A stretch of 64,000 nt of DNA from Patescibacteria group bacterium (lineage in GTDB: Bacteria; Patescibacteriota; Patescibacteriia; JAQUQO01). The translations under genes were made by a program, and so were the position numbers. Of the stretch, positions 26,306 to 36,792 are shown piece by piece. Position 1 is the first letter of the stretch, and each line of letters opens with the position of its first letter. The stretch lies in contig JAQUQO010000001.1 of the NCBI GenBank assembly GCA_028716045.1, forward strand, positions 942 to 64,941, read 5' to 3'. The notes beneath the pieces were generated by a model. That model was given only the letters and a program-made list of their open reading frames with translations, was not told where the DNA came from and did no database searches.

Positions 26306-28924
26306 GTGATTAAAAGAAAAGCAATAAATTTTTTAATATTTTTTTTCGGAGCTTTTTCTCTGGCTCTGATTTTTTTTGTTTTTCAGCCGGCCTTAGCCAG
26401 TACCACCGACGGCACAATTGACAGTTCCTATCCATATGCCTGGGGCGAGAACATTGGCTGGCTTAATTTAGGCACAACGGAAGGCGATGTGCATGTCACT
26501 GATTCGGCTTTGTCCGGCTACGCCTGGGGCGAGAACATCGGCTGGATTTCTCTTAATTGTTCCGATGGCAATTCCTGCGCTACGGTGGATTATAAAGTAG
26601 CCAATGACGGGGGCGGCACTTTGTCCGGCTATGCCTGGGGCGAAAACGTGGGCTGGATAAATTTTAATCCGACTTACGGCGGCGTAAGTATAGATAGTTC
26701 TGGTAATTTTAGCGGCTATGCCTGGGGCGAAAATACCGGCTGGATTATTTTTAATTGTTCAACAACTTCTTCTTGCGCGACCGTTGATTATTCCGTCAGG
26801 ACAGATTATCGCCCGGGTTCGTCCAGGTCAAAATGTAATAACGACATAGATGATGACGGTGACGGTCGGACGGATTACCCGGCTGATAACGGCTGTACTT
26901 CTGCTGATGATAATGATGAAGGTGATGGCGGCGGACCGGGACCGGCATCTCCCGGTGATGGCGGCGGAGGGCTGCCCCCGGCCTTTAAAGTCGTTATTAA
27001 TAATAATGATGTTTATACCAACAATCGCTCCATAAGTTTGCGGTTGGAATTTGATGCCACAGTTCAAAAGATAGCTATTTCCAATCGGACGGATTTTTTA
27101 AATGCTGTTCAGGAACTTCCCGTTTCGGTGAAAGGATGGGATTTATGCGGACGGGATTTAGAGTGCCCGGCGGGCGACTATACGATTTACGTCCATTTTT
27201 ATGACCAATACGGGTTTATTCTCGGCACTTTTTCCGATTCTATAAAATTAGATTATGCTTATGCCCCAGTTCTTCCTCCGGCTGAAGCGGTTGCGCCAAG
27301 CGAAGAAGTTTCTCCGGGTGTAGAAATAGCCCCTCCCACCACGCTGCCTTCCGGTGAGCAACCATTTTTCCCTCCGCTTCCGGAACAGATAGAAAAGGTC
27401 TTGGATTTAGTTCCTAAATTTTTAAGCAAATTGGTCCCCGGATTTTTAAAATCAAAAATAGAAGGGCTGGCTCCCTCGGAAGTCCCCTTGGAAAAAATAG
27501 TCCCGCTTTATACGCCCTTGGCAATGAAGGGCGAGTGGGATTTATTTTCGCGGGAACCTTTAAGGAGGTTTGTTTTCGCGCCTTTGCCCACAAGCATCCG
27601 CGCTTTGACGCAGAAATTTCCGGAGTTAGGCAAGACCTTCGCGGAAGTCGGAATCACCAAAGTCACCGATATCCAGAAACTGGAAAACGCGCAGATTACT
27701 TTGCCGGGCTTGTCCGAACTCGTCGGCTTGCCGACAGTTGAGGAATGGGGCCAGTTGACCCTCGTTCAATTGGGGCAGATGTCTGGCGTAGAGATAAAAA
27801 ATACCGGCTTGGAGAATTTCACTTTGGAGCAATTGGAAGCCTTGGCCGGAGCGGAATTTAGCAAACTGACTTTATCCGAACTCCAAAAAATTATCGGAGT
27901 TCCGGCAACAAATACGGGAATTGAGAGTTTAACCCTGGCTCGCCTAGAGCAAGGTGCTGGTTTGCCGGCAACGGCGATTGAAGCCGGTGAATTAACTTTG
28001 CCACGCGGCATACCTTTAGCCCAATTACCTTTTCAATTTAAACAAAAGATGCCTTCGGAAATTATTTTTGCCAGAACCGGCGGGGAAATTATAGATTTTA
28101 ATATCGCCCTGACCATCAACGAGAGGGGGCAGGCGGAGCAGAAAATTGTGACCGTGGCGGGCCGCACTTTGAATCTGGCGGTGAAACCCGACGGCCCGGC
28201 TCAAAAAGTTATTGGCTATTTAGTTTTTAAATCACGCGCTTCAACTCCCACGGCTTTTGAGGGGCCGGTGGATTCTTTGATTTATTCCTGGCTTTTTGGT
28301 CAGCCGGCGCTGGCGCAGGAGGAAAAAGAGCCGGTGCGCGTTGAAGAAAAGTTGGTGCTATTAGAATTTGAATATACCGACCCGGATAATGATGGCATTT
28401 ACACGGCGGAAATTCAGGCGCCGGTAGTTGACGGTGAATACGAAATTATTACGGTGATTGATTATATTGACCCGGAAGTGGGGCGGCGTCAGTTGCGCCT
28501 GCTGGCGGTGGTTGACCCGGAAGGTTATATTTATGAGGGTTACGGCGATAAAGAAATTCGCGTTCCGGGCGCCATTGTTTCTATCTTTTGGTTAAACCCG
28601 CAAACTAAGGCCTATGAACTCTGGCCGGCTAAAGATTATCAACAGGAAAACCCGCAGGTGACAGATATTACCGGCAAATACTCTTTTTTGGTGCCGCCGG
28701 GGTTTTACTATACCACGGTAGAGGCCAATGGTTATCTTAAATATGAAGGCAAGCCTTTTCAGGTAAAAGAAGGCCGGGGCGTGCATTTTAATATAGAAAT
28801 AAAGCCCAAATATTGGTGGTTGAAAACTTTGGACTGGAAAACCGCGGCTTTAGCAGTGGTGATTTTGTTCTTACTTTACAATTTTTATCAGGACCGCAAA
28901 AGAGATAGATGTTTAAGAAAATAG
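26306..28924 (+). CDS. cell-surface protein (872 aa): signal peptide, 5 copies of an (S)GYAWGENxGWI(N/S)(L/F)N repeat, an Asp-rich Ca-binding-like segment, a Pro-rich linker, a CarbopepD_reg/transthyretin-like domain and a C-terminal TM anchor
   Basis: The five repeats fall at aa about 40-170. An Asp-rich segment follows: DIDDDGDGRTDYPADNGCTSADDNDEGDGGG. Towards the C-terminus is a CarbopepD_reg-like block, ITGKYSFLVPPGFYYTTVEANGYLKY. The final hydrophobic stretch LAVVILFLLYNFY is followed by basic residues. Confidence 0.65.
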   Translation: MIKRKAINFLIFFFGAFSLALIFFVFQPALASTTDGTIDSSYPYAWGENIGWLNLGTTEGDVHVTDSALSGYAWGENIGWISLNCSDGNSCATVDYKVANDGGGTLSGYAWGENVGWINFNPTYGGVSIDSSGNFSGYAWGENTGWIIFNCSTTSSCATVDYSVRTDYRPGSSRSKCNNDIDDDGDGRTDYPADNGCTSADDNDEGDGGGPGPASPGDGGGGLPPAFKVVINNNDVYTNNRSISLRLEFDATVQKIAISNRTDFLNAVQELPVSVKGWDLCGRDLECPAGDYTIYVHFYDQYGFILGTFSDSIKLDYAYAPVLPPAEAVAPSEEVSPGVEIAPPTTLPSGEQPFFPPLPEQIEKVLDLVPKFLSKLVPGFLKSKIEGLAPSEVPLEKIVPLYTPLAMKGEWDLFSREPLRRFVFAPLPTSIRALTQKFPELGKTFAEVGITKVTDIQKLENAQITLPGLSELVGLPTVEEWGQLTLVQLGQMSGVEIKNTGLENFTLEQLEALAGAEFSKLTLSELQKIIGVPATNTGIESLTLARLEQGAGLPATAIEAGELTLPRGIPLAQLPFQFKQKMPSEIIFARTGGEIIDFNIALTINERGQAEQKIVTVAGRTLNLAVKPDGPAQKVIGYLVFKSRASTPTAFEGPVDSLIYSWLFGQPALAQEEKEPVRVEEKLVLLEFEYTDPDNDGIYTAEIQAPVVDGEYEIITVIDYIDPEVGRRQLRLLAVVDPEGYIYEGYGDKEIRVPGAIVSIFWLNPQTKAYELWPAKDYQQENPQVTDITGKYSFLVPPGFYYTTVEANGYLKYEGKPFQVKEGRGVHFNIEIKPKYWWLKTLDWKTAALAVVILFLLYNFYQDRKRDRCLRK

Positions 28925-28984
28925 TGGATAAAACCTTGTAATAAATTTTAAAATAATATATAATAAATAAACATAATAAATAGT

Positions 28985-29344
28985 ATGAGCGTTAAAAAAG
29001 CCATTCTTACGGTCGTCATTCTCTTGCTAATCGCGGGCAATGTTTTTGCCATCACCCGCTATTTTATGGTATTTAAGGAGTGTCAGCAGCTTAAATCTAC
29101 CCTGAATGGAGAGGAAACAAACGGAAAGGTTTTAAGTTTTACGAACTTGTTTATTAAACATGTTCTTAAGGCGCAGGGGGAGGTGGATTTTGAAACCCGT
29201 TTAAAGTTGGAAAATGCCGTCAGGGAAATTGATGACCAGGAGATTTTAGCACAATGGCAGAAATTTACCGAAAGCCGTACGGAAGCCGAAGCCCAGCTGG
29301 AAGTTAAGAATCTTTTGGAGATGCTGGTGAAAAAAATCAAATAG
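28985..29344 (+). CDS. small signal-anchored hypothetical protein (119 aa)
   Basis: N-terminal TM segment (ILTVVILLLIAGNVFAI) and a coiled-coil-like C-terminus. Confidence 0.45.
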   Translation: MSVKKAILTVVILLLIAGNVFAITRYFMVFKECQQLKSTLNGEETNGKVLSFTNLFIKHVLKAQGEVDFETRLKLENAVREIDDQEILAQWQKFTESRTEAEAQLEVKNLLEMLVKKIK

Positions 29345-29435
29345 GGTTTTTATATGTTAAAAACAGAAATCCCGATTTAAAAGGATGTCTGTTTTTATTT
29401 TATAGGGGTTTTGGATTTTAAAACTCTAATTATAA

Positions 29436-29553
29436 TGTCATCCTGACCCCGCAAATGCGGGGGAAGGATATGAACCCGAGATTCTTCGTCCCGTCCCGAG
29501 TACTCGGGATCCAGGACTCAGAATAACAAGTGGGGGTGAGGGTCAGAATGACA
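29436..29553. mobile_element. MITE-like 118-bp element with 11-bp terminal inverted repeats (TGTCATCCTGA ... TCAGAATGACA) and internal hairpins (ccccgcaaatgcgggg; tcccgagtactcggga)
   Basis: It has the same termini as the GIY-YIG cassette at 25543-25911. It also contains the cgagattcttcgtcccg block seen at 16684 and 25871. Confidence 0.55.
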
Positions 29554-29596
29554 ATAAAAAAGCGGGATTAAAGAATAAGTATTAAAAATATATTTT

Positions 29597-30214
29597 ATGA
29601 GAAACAAAATTTTAATCGGCGTTGTGATTTTAGTAATTTTAGCCATTGGCATTGGCCTCGGTTTTTATTTTGGCCAGCGGGGCGCTTCAGATAAAGGGGA
29701 AGCTTTAAACATGGACGGAGCGCCACGAGAAGGAGTGGCCGGAGACAATAGTATTTTAGACAAAGCGGATTTTTCCATTATGTTGCCGGCCGGGTGGCGC
29801 GAGACCTCGGCTCCGCCAGGGGTTTCGGTAATGGCGGTGAACGCGCGGGAAAAAATCACCGACCCGGAAGCGCAGAAGATAAATTTTCAGACCAATTTTT
29901 CGGTGAGTTATGACACTCTTGGCGACCGCACTCGCGAAGAATACGTAGAGTATTTTAAGAATACTTTAAAACAAGTGGTGCCGGAAGTTGTTTTTACCGG
30001 TGAACAAGTGAAGACAATTAACGGCAGGGATTTTCTTTTGATTGAAGCTACGGTGAAACAGCGGGGAGTTGATTTTGGGGCAGCCGTGGCGTTGACTGCC
30101 GGCGGTAGTAATGATATTTGGGCGATTTCTTTCAATGCCACTAAAAGTAATTTTACTTCTTATGGGGAATTGTTTGATAAGATTTTAGGCAGTTTTAAGA
30201 TAAAAAATAAATAA
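29597..30214 (+). CDS. membrane-anchored/secreted hypothetical protein (205 aa), possibly a PsbP/DcrB-like beta-sandwich
   Basis: N-terminal TM segment and a beta-rich domain. The fold assignment is a guess. Confidence 0.45.
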   Translation: MRNKILIGVVILVILAIGIGLGFYFGQRGASDKGEALNMDGAPREGVAGDNSILDKADFSIMLPAGWRETSAPPGVSVMAVNAREKITDPEAQKINFQTNFSVSYDTLGDRTREEYVEYFKNTLKQVVPEVVFTGEQVKTINGRDFLLIEATVKQRGVDFGAAVALTAGGSNDIWAISFNATKSNFTSYGELFDKILGSFKIKNK

Positions 30215-30260
30215 GGATTTTTAAAATAGTATTAGTAAAAATTCCAATTTTTTTGAAACA

Positions 30261-30300
30261 AAAAACTCCCCCGTCCCGAGTACTCGGGACGGGGGAGTTT
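30261..30300. terminator. bidirectional intrinsic terminator with a perfect 19-bp stem (CCGAGTACTCGG family)
   Basis: aaaaactcccccgtcccgagtactcgggacgggggagtttt, with T-tracts on both strands, between the convergent genes at 29597-30214 (+) and rpmB (-). Confidence 0.75.
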
Positions 30301-30310
30301 TAAAATTTAT

Positions 30311-30487
30311 TTATTTTGCTTTTTTAGCCATGGTCTTTAAACAGCGGCTGCAGATTTTTATTCTTTTTCCCCCAATCGTTTTATTTTGCAGATTTAAAAA
30401 TTGTTTACGCTTAGTGGCGATATTGGAATGGCTTCGGCTGACCACGGTTTTTGGCTTGCGGTGGCAAACATCGCATCTTCTGGACAT
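30311..30487 (-). CDS. rpmB: 50S ribosomal protein L28 (58 aa). Absent from the supplied ORF track.
   Basis: Manual minus-strand translation gives MSRRCDVCHRKPKTVVSRSHSNIATKRKQFLNLQNKTIGGKRIKICSRCLKTMAKKAK, which matches the bL28 pattern (MSR.C..C.K....G..VSHSN..T.R.F.PNLQ...). Confidence 0.8.
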   Translation of the reverse strand: MSRRCDVCHRKPKTVVSRSHSNIATKRKQFLNLQNKTIGGKRIKICSRCLKTMAKKAK

Positions 30488-30601
30488 ATCTTTAAATTAA
30501 ATTAATAGTAAATTTATTTTAGCACGCTCTTTTAAGGGAGTCAAGAGAATGGTATACTGGTATATGGACCGTAAGATTTTTAGGCGGAGTAAAAAATAAA
30601 T

Positions 30602-31216
30602 ATGTTTTATAGTTTACTATTATTTTTTGTAATAATTATTCCCTCGGCCATTATCCACGAGTATTTTCATGGCTGGACGGCTGATGCGCTTGGCGACCCG
30701 ACGGCCAAACGTTTTGGCCGTCTGACTCTAAACCCTTTAGCTCATATTGACCCTTGGGGGACTTTTATATTGCCGATTATTTTGCTATTGCTCTCCGGCG
30801 GCAGTTTTGTCTTCGCTTACGCTAAGCCCGTACCCTTTAATCCTTACAACTTAAAATATCCTAAATGGGGGCCGGCCTTGGTAGCCATAGCCGGACCCTT
30901 AGCTAATTTGTTGGTGGCCATAGTTTTCGGTCTTTTGGTGCGCTTTTATCCAATGAATAATTTTTCGTTGGTCTTAAGCGTTATTGTTTATGCCAATATC
31001 CTTTTAGCAGTTTTTAATTTAGTGCCGCTCCCCCCGCTGGATGGTTCCAAAATTCTCTACGTTTTATTGCCCAGCCAGTGGGCGGAAAGATTATATTCCC
31101 TAGAGCGTTATGGCATGATAATTGTATTATTTTTTGTCTTTTTTGCTTTTGAAATTTTATCTCCCATTATTTGGCTAATCTACGGGCTAATTGTCGGGAG
31201 GCCTTTGCTTTTTTAA
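30602..31216 (+). CDS. site-2 protease / peptidase M50 family membrane metalloprotease
   Basis: HEYFHG (HExxH), NLVPLPPLDGSKIL (LDG motif) and multiple TM segments. Confidence 0.7.
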   Translation: MFYSLLLFFVIIIPSAIIHEYFHGWTADALGDPTAKRFGRLTLNPLAHIDPWGTFILPIILLLLSGGSFVFAYAKPVPFNPYNLKYPKWGPALVAIAGPLANLLVAIVFGLLVRFYPMNNFSLVLSVIVYANILLAVFNLVPLPPLDGSKILYVLLPSQWAERLYSLERYGMIIVLFFVFFAFEILSPIIWLIYGLIVGRPLLF

Positions 31217-31366
31217 AACGGCTAATTTTAGCTAAAATTACACCCCGAAAAACCGTGATTTTTTCCGCTCTTGACGAGTTTTTAGGATTATGGTAATTTA
31301 GTAGTATCTTGTGAGAAAAATTAAAGCTGAAGTAAGCTGTTTTATTTTACTTAAATTTTTATTATT

Positions 31367-31783
31367 ATGCCTACAATTAACCAATTAGTCCGTCATGGAA
31401 GGACGAGCTCAAAGAAAAAATCTAAAACTCCCGCCTTGCAGACGGTTTTTAATACTTTAAGGCGACGCAGAAACGAATTGCCCAAAGGCAGTCCGTATAA
31501 ACGCGGGGTTTGTGTTAAAGTCACCACGACTACGCCTAAAAAACCTAACTCGGCTTTAAGAAAAATCGCGCGCGTGCGGCTTTCTAACGGTATGGAAGTC
31601 ACTGCTTATATCCCTGGCGAAGGGCATAATTTACAGGAGCACTCCATTGTAATGATTCGCGGAGGCAGAGTGAAAGATTTGCCGGGCGTGCGTTATCATA
31701 TAGTCAGGGGCGTTTTTGATACCAGCGGAGTGGAAGGTCGCAAGCAGGGACGTTCTTTATATGGAGCTAAAAAATCTAAATAA
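31367..31783 (+). CDS. rpsL: 30S ribosomal protein S12
   Basis: [12 protein letters not shown]...[53 protein letters not shown]. Confidence 0.95.
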   Translation: MPTINQLVRHGRTSSKKKSKTPALQTVFNTLRRRRNELPKGSPYKRGVCVKVTTTTPKKPNSALRKIARVRLSNGMEVTAYIPGEGHNLQEHSIVMIRGGRVKDLPGVRYHIVRGVFDTSGVEGRKQGRSLYGAKKSK

Positions 31784-31786
31784 TTT

Positions 31787-32260
31787 TTGATTATGAGAGG
31801 CAAACCAGCACCCAAAAGAAAAATTACTCCTGATTATAAATTTAACAGTATTCAAATTGCCAAATTGGCCAATTATTTAATGAGAGGTGGCAAGAAAAGC
31901 ACCGCCTTGAGGGTTATTTATAAGGCCTTTGATTATATTTCAGAGAAAACCAAGCAGGACCCGTTAGAAATTTATAATGAAGCCATAAAGAATGTCGGAC
32001 CGAGCGTGGAGCTAAGGAGTAAACGTGTCGGTGGCGCCAACTACCAGATTCCGACCGCTGTTCGCGGGGAAAGAAAACTGGCGCTATCTTATCGCTGGCT
32101 TCTTAATGCCGCGAGAAGCCGCAAAGGCAAGCCCATGTACGAGAAATTGGCTTTAGAACTTATGGATGCGGCTCAAGGGCAGGGCGACGCGGTTAAAAAG
32201 AAGCAAGACGTTTACAGAATGGCCGAAGCTAATCGCGCCTTCGCGCATTTTTCCAGATAA
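31787..32260 (+). CDS. rpsG: 30S ribosomal protein S7
   Basis: The S7 signature plus str-operon position (rpsL-rpsG-fusA-tuf). Confidence 0.95.
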   Translation: MIMRGKPAPKRKITPDYKFNSIQIAKLANYLMRGGKKSTALRVIYKAFDYISEKTKQDPLEIYNEAIKNVGPSVELRSKRVGGANYQIPTAVRGERKLALSYRWLLNAARSRKGKPMYEKLALELMDAAQGQGDAVKKKQDVYRMAEANRAFAHFSR

Positions 32261-32300
32261 CTGATGCCAATTTTTAAATAAAATGTTAATTTACTAAGCC

Positions 32301-34379
32301 ATGCCTAGAGAATACAGTTTAGCCGATACTCGCAACATCGGAATTATCGCCCATATTGACGCCGGAAAAACTACGGTTTCCGAGCGTATTTTGTTTTACA
32401 CTGGCAAAAAGCATAAAATTGGCGAGGTGCACGAGGGTGAAGCGACGATGGACTGGATGGAACAGGAACGCGAACGCGGAATTACCATTACCTCGGCCGC
32501 CACCACCTGTTTTTGGAAAAATTGTCGTATTAATCTTATTGATACTCCGGGTCACGTGGATTTCACGGCTGAAGTGGAACGCTCCCTGCGCGTTTTAGAT
32601 GGCGGGGTCGTAGTTTTTGACGGCGTGGCAGGCGTGGAGCCGCAGTCGGAAACCGTCTGGAGGCAGGCGGATAAATATAATGTTCCGAGAATTTGTTTTG
32701 TCAATAAATTAGACAGAATGGGAGCTGATTTTTACGCTGATTTAAAATCCATCCACGACCGTTTAACCAAAAAGGCCTATCCGCTTCAATTGCCGATTGG
32801 CACCGAGGCCAATTTTGTAGGAATCGTTAGTTTATTAGAACAAAAAGCGCGTGTTTATTTAGACGAACTGGGGACCAAATGGGAAGACAAAGATATTCCG
32901 GAAGAGATGAAAGAAAAAGTTTTGAAGTACCGAGCGGAGTTACTTGAAGCCATTGTGGAACACAACGAAGTTTTGATGAATAAGTATCTGAATGGTGAAG
33001 AAATCCCTTTAGAGGATTTAAAAAAGACCCTGAGAAAAGCAGTGGTTAACAATGAAATAATTCCGGTATTTTGCGGCAGCGCTTTAAAAAATAAAGGCGT
33101 GCAGCTTCTCTTGGACGGAGTCGCCGATTATTTACCGTCCCCGCTGGATGTCCCGCCGCTTATCGGATTTCATCCAAAAAATCCGGAAACAAAAATAGAA
33201 GTAAAAACTTCCGATGATGAGCCCTTCACCGCCTTAGCTTTTAAAATAGCTACCGACCCTTTTGTCGGTAAGCTGGCTTTTTTCAGGGTTTATGCCGGGC
33301 AGTTAAAGGCAGGTTCTTATGTTTTAAATGCTACTACTGGTGAGAGAGAACGCATTGGAAGAATTTTGCGCATGCACGCCAATTCCCGTGAAGAAGTTGA
33401 AGATGTCTATGCCGGAGAAATTGCCGCCGCGGTGGGGCTTAAAAATACCACCACTGGTAATACTTTGTGCGACCCCGACCATCCGATTGTTCTAGAATCT
33501 ATCATTTTTCCGACTCCGGTTATTGACATTGCCGTGGAGCCCAAGACCAAGGCCGACCAGGAAAAGATGGGTATGGCCCTGCAAAAATTAGCCGAAGAGG
33601 ACCCGACTTTCCGCGTGCATACGGACGAGGAAACCATGCAGACCATTCTTTCCGGTATGGGTGAATTGCATTTGGAAATTATTATTGAACGCATGAAAAG
33701 AGAATTTCATGTGGAGGCCAATGTCGGCAAACCACAGGTGGCCTACAAGGAGACCATTAAAAAATCCGCTGAAGGCGAAGGAAAATATATTAAACAATCC
33801 GGCGGCCGTGGTCAGTATGGACATTGCGTCATTACCGTTGAACCATTGGAAGCCGGTAAAGGATATGAATTCGTTGACTCGGTTAAAGGCGGCGCTATTC
33901 CCAGAGAGTATATCGCTCCGATCAACAAAGGCATTCAGGAAGCCATGGGCAGGGGAGTGCTCGCCGGTTATCCGATGCTTGATATCAAGGTTACGGTTTT
34001 TGACGGTTCATATCACGATGTTGATTCTTCGGAAGCGGCTTTCAAAATCGCCGGGTCGTTAGCTTTTCAGGAAGCGACTAAAAAAGCTAACCTCGTTTTA
34101 CTTGAACCGATTATGAAGATTGAAGTTGTCACCCCGGAGGAATTTATGGGTGATGTCATTGGTGATTTAAACGCCCGCCGCGGGCATGTTAAAGAAATGC
34201 GCGATCGCGGAACGGCCAAAGTCATTGATGCCGAAGTTCCTTTAGCCGCGATGTTCGGCTATGCCACGGATTTGCGCTCTATGACCCAAGGACGAGCCAG
34301 TTATTCCATGGAATTTGGTCATTACGGAGAGGTGCCGCGCAATGTAGCCGAGGAAATTATAAGTAAAAGAAAAGGATAA
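32301..34379 (+). CDS. fusA: elongation factor G
   Basis: [17 protein letters not shown] and NKLD GTPase motifs, 692 aa. Confidence 0.95.
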   Translation: MPREYSLADTRNIGIIAHIDAGKTTVSERILFYTGKKHKIGEVHEGEATMDWMEQERERGITITSAATTCFWKNCRINLIDTPGHVDFTAEVERSLRVLDGGVVVFDGVAGVEPQSETVWRQADKYNVPRICFVNKLDRMGADFYADLKSIHDRLTKKAYPLQLPIGTEANFVGIVSLLEQKARVYLDELGTKWEDKDIPEEMKEKVLKYRAELLEAIVEHNEVLMNKYLNGEEIPLEDLKKTLRKAVVNNEIIPVFCGSALKNKGVQLLLDGVADYLPSPLDVPPLIGFHPKNPETKIEVKTSDDEPFTALAFKIATDPFVGKLAFFRVYAGQLKAGSYVLNATTGERERIGRILRMHANSREEVEDVYAGEIAAAVGLKNTTTGNTLCDPDHPIVLESIIFPTPVIDIAVEPKTKADQEKMGMALQKLAEEDPTFRVHTDEETMQTILSGMGELHLEIIIERMKREFHVEANVGKPQVAYKETIKKSAEGEGKYIKQSGGRGQYGHCVITVEPLEAGKGYEFVDSVKGGAIPREYIAPINKGIQEAMGRGVLAGYPMLDIKVTVFDGSYHDVDSSEAAFKIAGSLAFQEATKKANLVLLEPIMKIEVVTPEEFMGDVIGDLNARRGHVKEMRDRGTAKVIDAEVPLAAMFGYATDLRSMTQGRASYSMEFGHYGEVPRNVAEEIISKRKG

Positions 34380-34383
34380 TTTT

Positions 34384-34746
34384 ATGGCTAATTTTAAAAA
34401 AATAATTGATTTATTAAAAAAAGTTGGCGGGCGTTATATCATCACCGATGGAGAAGGCGAACCGTCCTGCGTAATTTTGAGTTTAGAGGATTATGAGCTA
34501 TTCTTAGCCAAGAATAATGGATTATCTCTAAGAGAAGAAAACCAAATTTATAAAGAAAGAGTTAAGTCCTTGACAGATTCCGAAATGTTAGATAAAATAA
34601 ACGGCGATATTGCCCTGTGGAAAGAAAGTAAAAAGGACGAGGGTTTGGATATTCTAGCCGACGATTTAATTGATGATTTAGAGGAAAAAGACGATAAAGA
34701 ATGGGAGGCAGAAGAAGACCGTTATTACCTTGAACCGGTTGATTAA
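34384..34746 (+). CDS. small acidic hypothetical protein (120 aa) inserted between fusA and tuf
   Basis: The ORF starts 5 nt after the fusA stop. Its C-terminal half is strongly acidic (DDLIDDLEEKDDKEWEAEEDRYY). No family was recognised. Confidence 0.4.
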   Translation: MANFKKIIDLLKKVGGRYIITDGEGEPSCVILSLEDYELFLAKNNGLSLREENQIYKERVKSLTDSEMLDKINGDIALWKESKKDEGLDILADDLIDDLEEKDDKEWEAEEDRYYLEPVD

Positions 34747-34798
34747 TCCCAATTAAGTCTAGTGGAAAAGCTGTGGATTCGCTGAAATTTTCGCTTTC

Positions 34799-34827
34799 TT
34801 GCCTAAAAAAAGCAGATATGGTATAAT
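34799..34827 (+). promoter_or_regulatory. sigma70 promoter for tuf (TTGCCT, 17-bp spacer, tgGTATAAT)
   Basis: ttgcctaaaaaaagcagatatggtataat has near-consensus spacing and an extended -10. Confidence 0.55.
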
Positions 34828-34909
34828 TTTTACACTATATTAAAAATTAATAAACTGACGGCTGGATAAAACCCCGCAAATTTGGGGGCCGTTAAAGGAG
34901 ATAATTACT

Positions 34910-36097
34910 ATGGCAGAAAAATTTGAACGCACTAAACCCCATGTCAATGTTGGCACTATCGGTCACGTTGATCATGGTAAAACCACTTTAACGGCGGCTA
35001 TTTTAAGCGTGTTAGCTCTCAAGGGGTTAGCTAAGCCGAAAAATGTCGATGATATCGACAAAGCTCCGGAAGAAAAAGAGCGCGGTATCACTATTGCCAC
35101 GGCTCACGTGGAGTATGAAAGTGAGAAACGTCATTATGCTCACGTTGACTGCCCGGGTCACGCCGACTACGTCAAGAATATGATTACTGGTGCCGCCCAG
35201 ATGGATGGAGCTATTTTGGTAGTTTCCGCCGCCGACGGCCCGATGCCGCAAACTCGCGAACACATTCTTTTGGCTAAACAAGTCGGTGTTCCGAAAATCG
35301 TGGTATTTTTAAATAAGATTGACCAAGTTCAAGATAAGGAATTAATTGATTTAGTGGAAGAAGAAGTCCGCGATTTGCTCAATAAATACGAATTTGATGG
35401 AGCCAATACTCCGATTATCCGCGGTTCTGCTTTAAAAGCTTTAGAGAATTCTTCGGATGCTGAGGCAGCTAAGCCGATTTTTGATTTAGTAAATGCCTTA
35501 GATACTTACATCCCCGAACCGCAACGCGATACCGAGCATCCTTTTCTTATGCCTATTGAGGATATTTTTTCCATTGAAGGACGCGGCACAGTGGTGACCG
35601 GGAGAATTGAGAGAGGCATTGTCCATTTGAACGATGAAGTGGAAATCGTCGGTTTTAGGGATACCCAAAAAACAGTAGTTACTGGCATAGAAATGTTTAA
35701 TAAATCTTTGGATGAGGGTCGGGCGGGAGATAACGCGGGTGTTTTACTGCGCGGCACTAAGAAGGAAGAAGTAGAGCGCGGTCAAGTATTGTGCAAACCA
35801 GGGTCTATCACTCCGCATACTGAATTTGAAGCCAAAGTTTATGTCTTAACCAAAGAAGAGGGTGGACGTCATAAGCCGTTTTTCAAAGGATATAAACCGC
35901 AATTTTATATCCGCACTACTGACGTTACCGGCGAAGTGGAACTGCCGGCCGAAGCGGAAATGGTTATGCCCGGAGATACCGTTAATTTGAAGATTAAATT
36001 AATCGCCCCGGTTGCCTTGGAGGAAAAAATGAGATTCGCTATCCGCGAAGGCGGCAGAACAGTCGGCGCGGGCGTGGTTAATAAAATCAGTAAATAA
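34910..36097 (+). CDS. tuf: elongation factor Tu
   Basis: [21 protein letters not shown] and NKID. Confidence 0.97.
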   Translation: MAEKFERTKPHVNVGTIGHVDHGKTTLTAAILSVLALKGLAKPKNVDDIDKAPEEKERGITIATAHVEYESEKRHYAHVDCPGHADYVKNMITGAAQMDGAILVVSAADGPMPQTREHILLAKQVGVPKIVVFLNKIDQVQDKELIDLVEEEVRDLLNKYEFDGANTPIIRGSALKALENSSDAEAAKPIFDLVNALDTYIPEPQRDTEHPFLMPIEDIFSIEGRGTVVTGRIERGIVHLNDEVEIVGFRDTQKTVVTGIEMFNKSLDEGRAGDNAGVLLRGTKKEEVERGQVLCKPGSITPHTEFEAKVYVLTKEEGGRHKPFFKGYKPQFYIRTTDVTGEVELPAEAEMVMPGDTVNLKIKLIAPVALEEKMRFAIREGGRTVGAGVVNKISK

Positions 36098-36117
36098 TAG
36101 AATATCACAGATAGGTT

Positions 36118-36153
36118 TTCCAGCCCCGTCCGAGTACTCGGACGGGGCTGGAA
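36118..36153. terminator. perfect 17-bp-arm stem-loop after tuf (CCGAGTACTCGG family). No obvious T-tract.
   Basis: ttccagccccgtccgagtactcggacggggctggaa. Confidence 0.5.
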
Positions 36154-36179
36154 CATCGCTAAAGAATATAAAAAAATAG

Positions 36180-36572
36180 ATGTCGCCCACTAAAGCCAAA
36201 AAAACCGACAAAGTCAAGAAAGCCGAAAGTAAGGCAAAAGTCGAGGAAAAAGCAAAGAGCGAGGATTATAAACCGCGCATCAGAATTAAAATCAAAGCTT
36301 TTGACAATAAGATTATTGATCAATCCACCCGCACTATTATTGAGACCGCCGAACGCACCGGCGCTTCCATTGCCGGTCCGATTCCTTTGCCGACCGAGAA
36401 AAGCAAATACACGGTTAATAAATCAACCTTTGTGCATAAAGACGCGAGAGATCAGTACGAAATCAGAGTGCATAAGCGTTTGATAGATATTCTTAACCCC
36501 ACCCCTAAAACCGTAGATTCTTTGACCAATCTGAATTTGCCTTCAGGAGTGGATATAGAAATAAAAATGTAA
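36180..36572 (+). CDS. rpsJ: 30S ribosomal protein S10 with a roughly 28-aa K/A/E-rich N-terminal extension
   Basis: [40 protein letters not shown]...[17 protein letters not shown]. Confidence 0.93.
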   Translation: MSPTKAKKTDKVKKAESKAKVEEKAKSEDYKPRIRIKIKAFDNKIIDQSTRTIIETAERTGASIAGPIPLPTEKSKYTVNKSTFVHKDARDQYEIRVHKRLIDILNPTPKTVDSLTNLNLPSGVDIEIKM

Positions 36573-36792
36573 TTTTAAATAGTAGTTTATTGGAAATGTA
36601 GAGAAAGATCCTTTGGGAAAACCTCTATACCTTCAATGAATTATTAGGAGAATTTTGAGAAGATAAAAAATTAAGGCCTTTAAATACATCCGTTGAGTAA
36701 AGGCTAGAAGCCTAAAATTATTATTTAAAGTTTGTCGCGGAAATAATTTTAGACTTCTGGTTTTTATTTTTACCCCGAAAAGTTAATTTATT

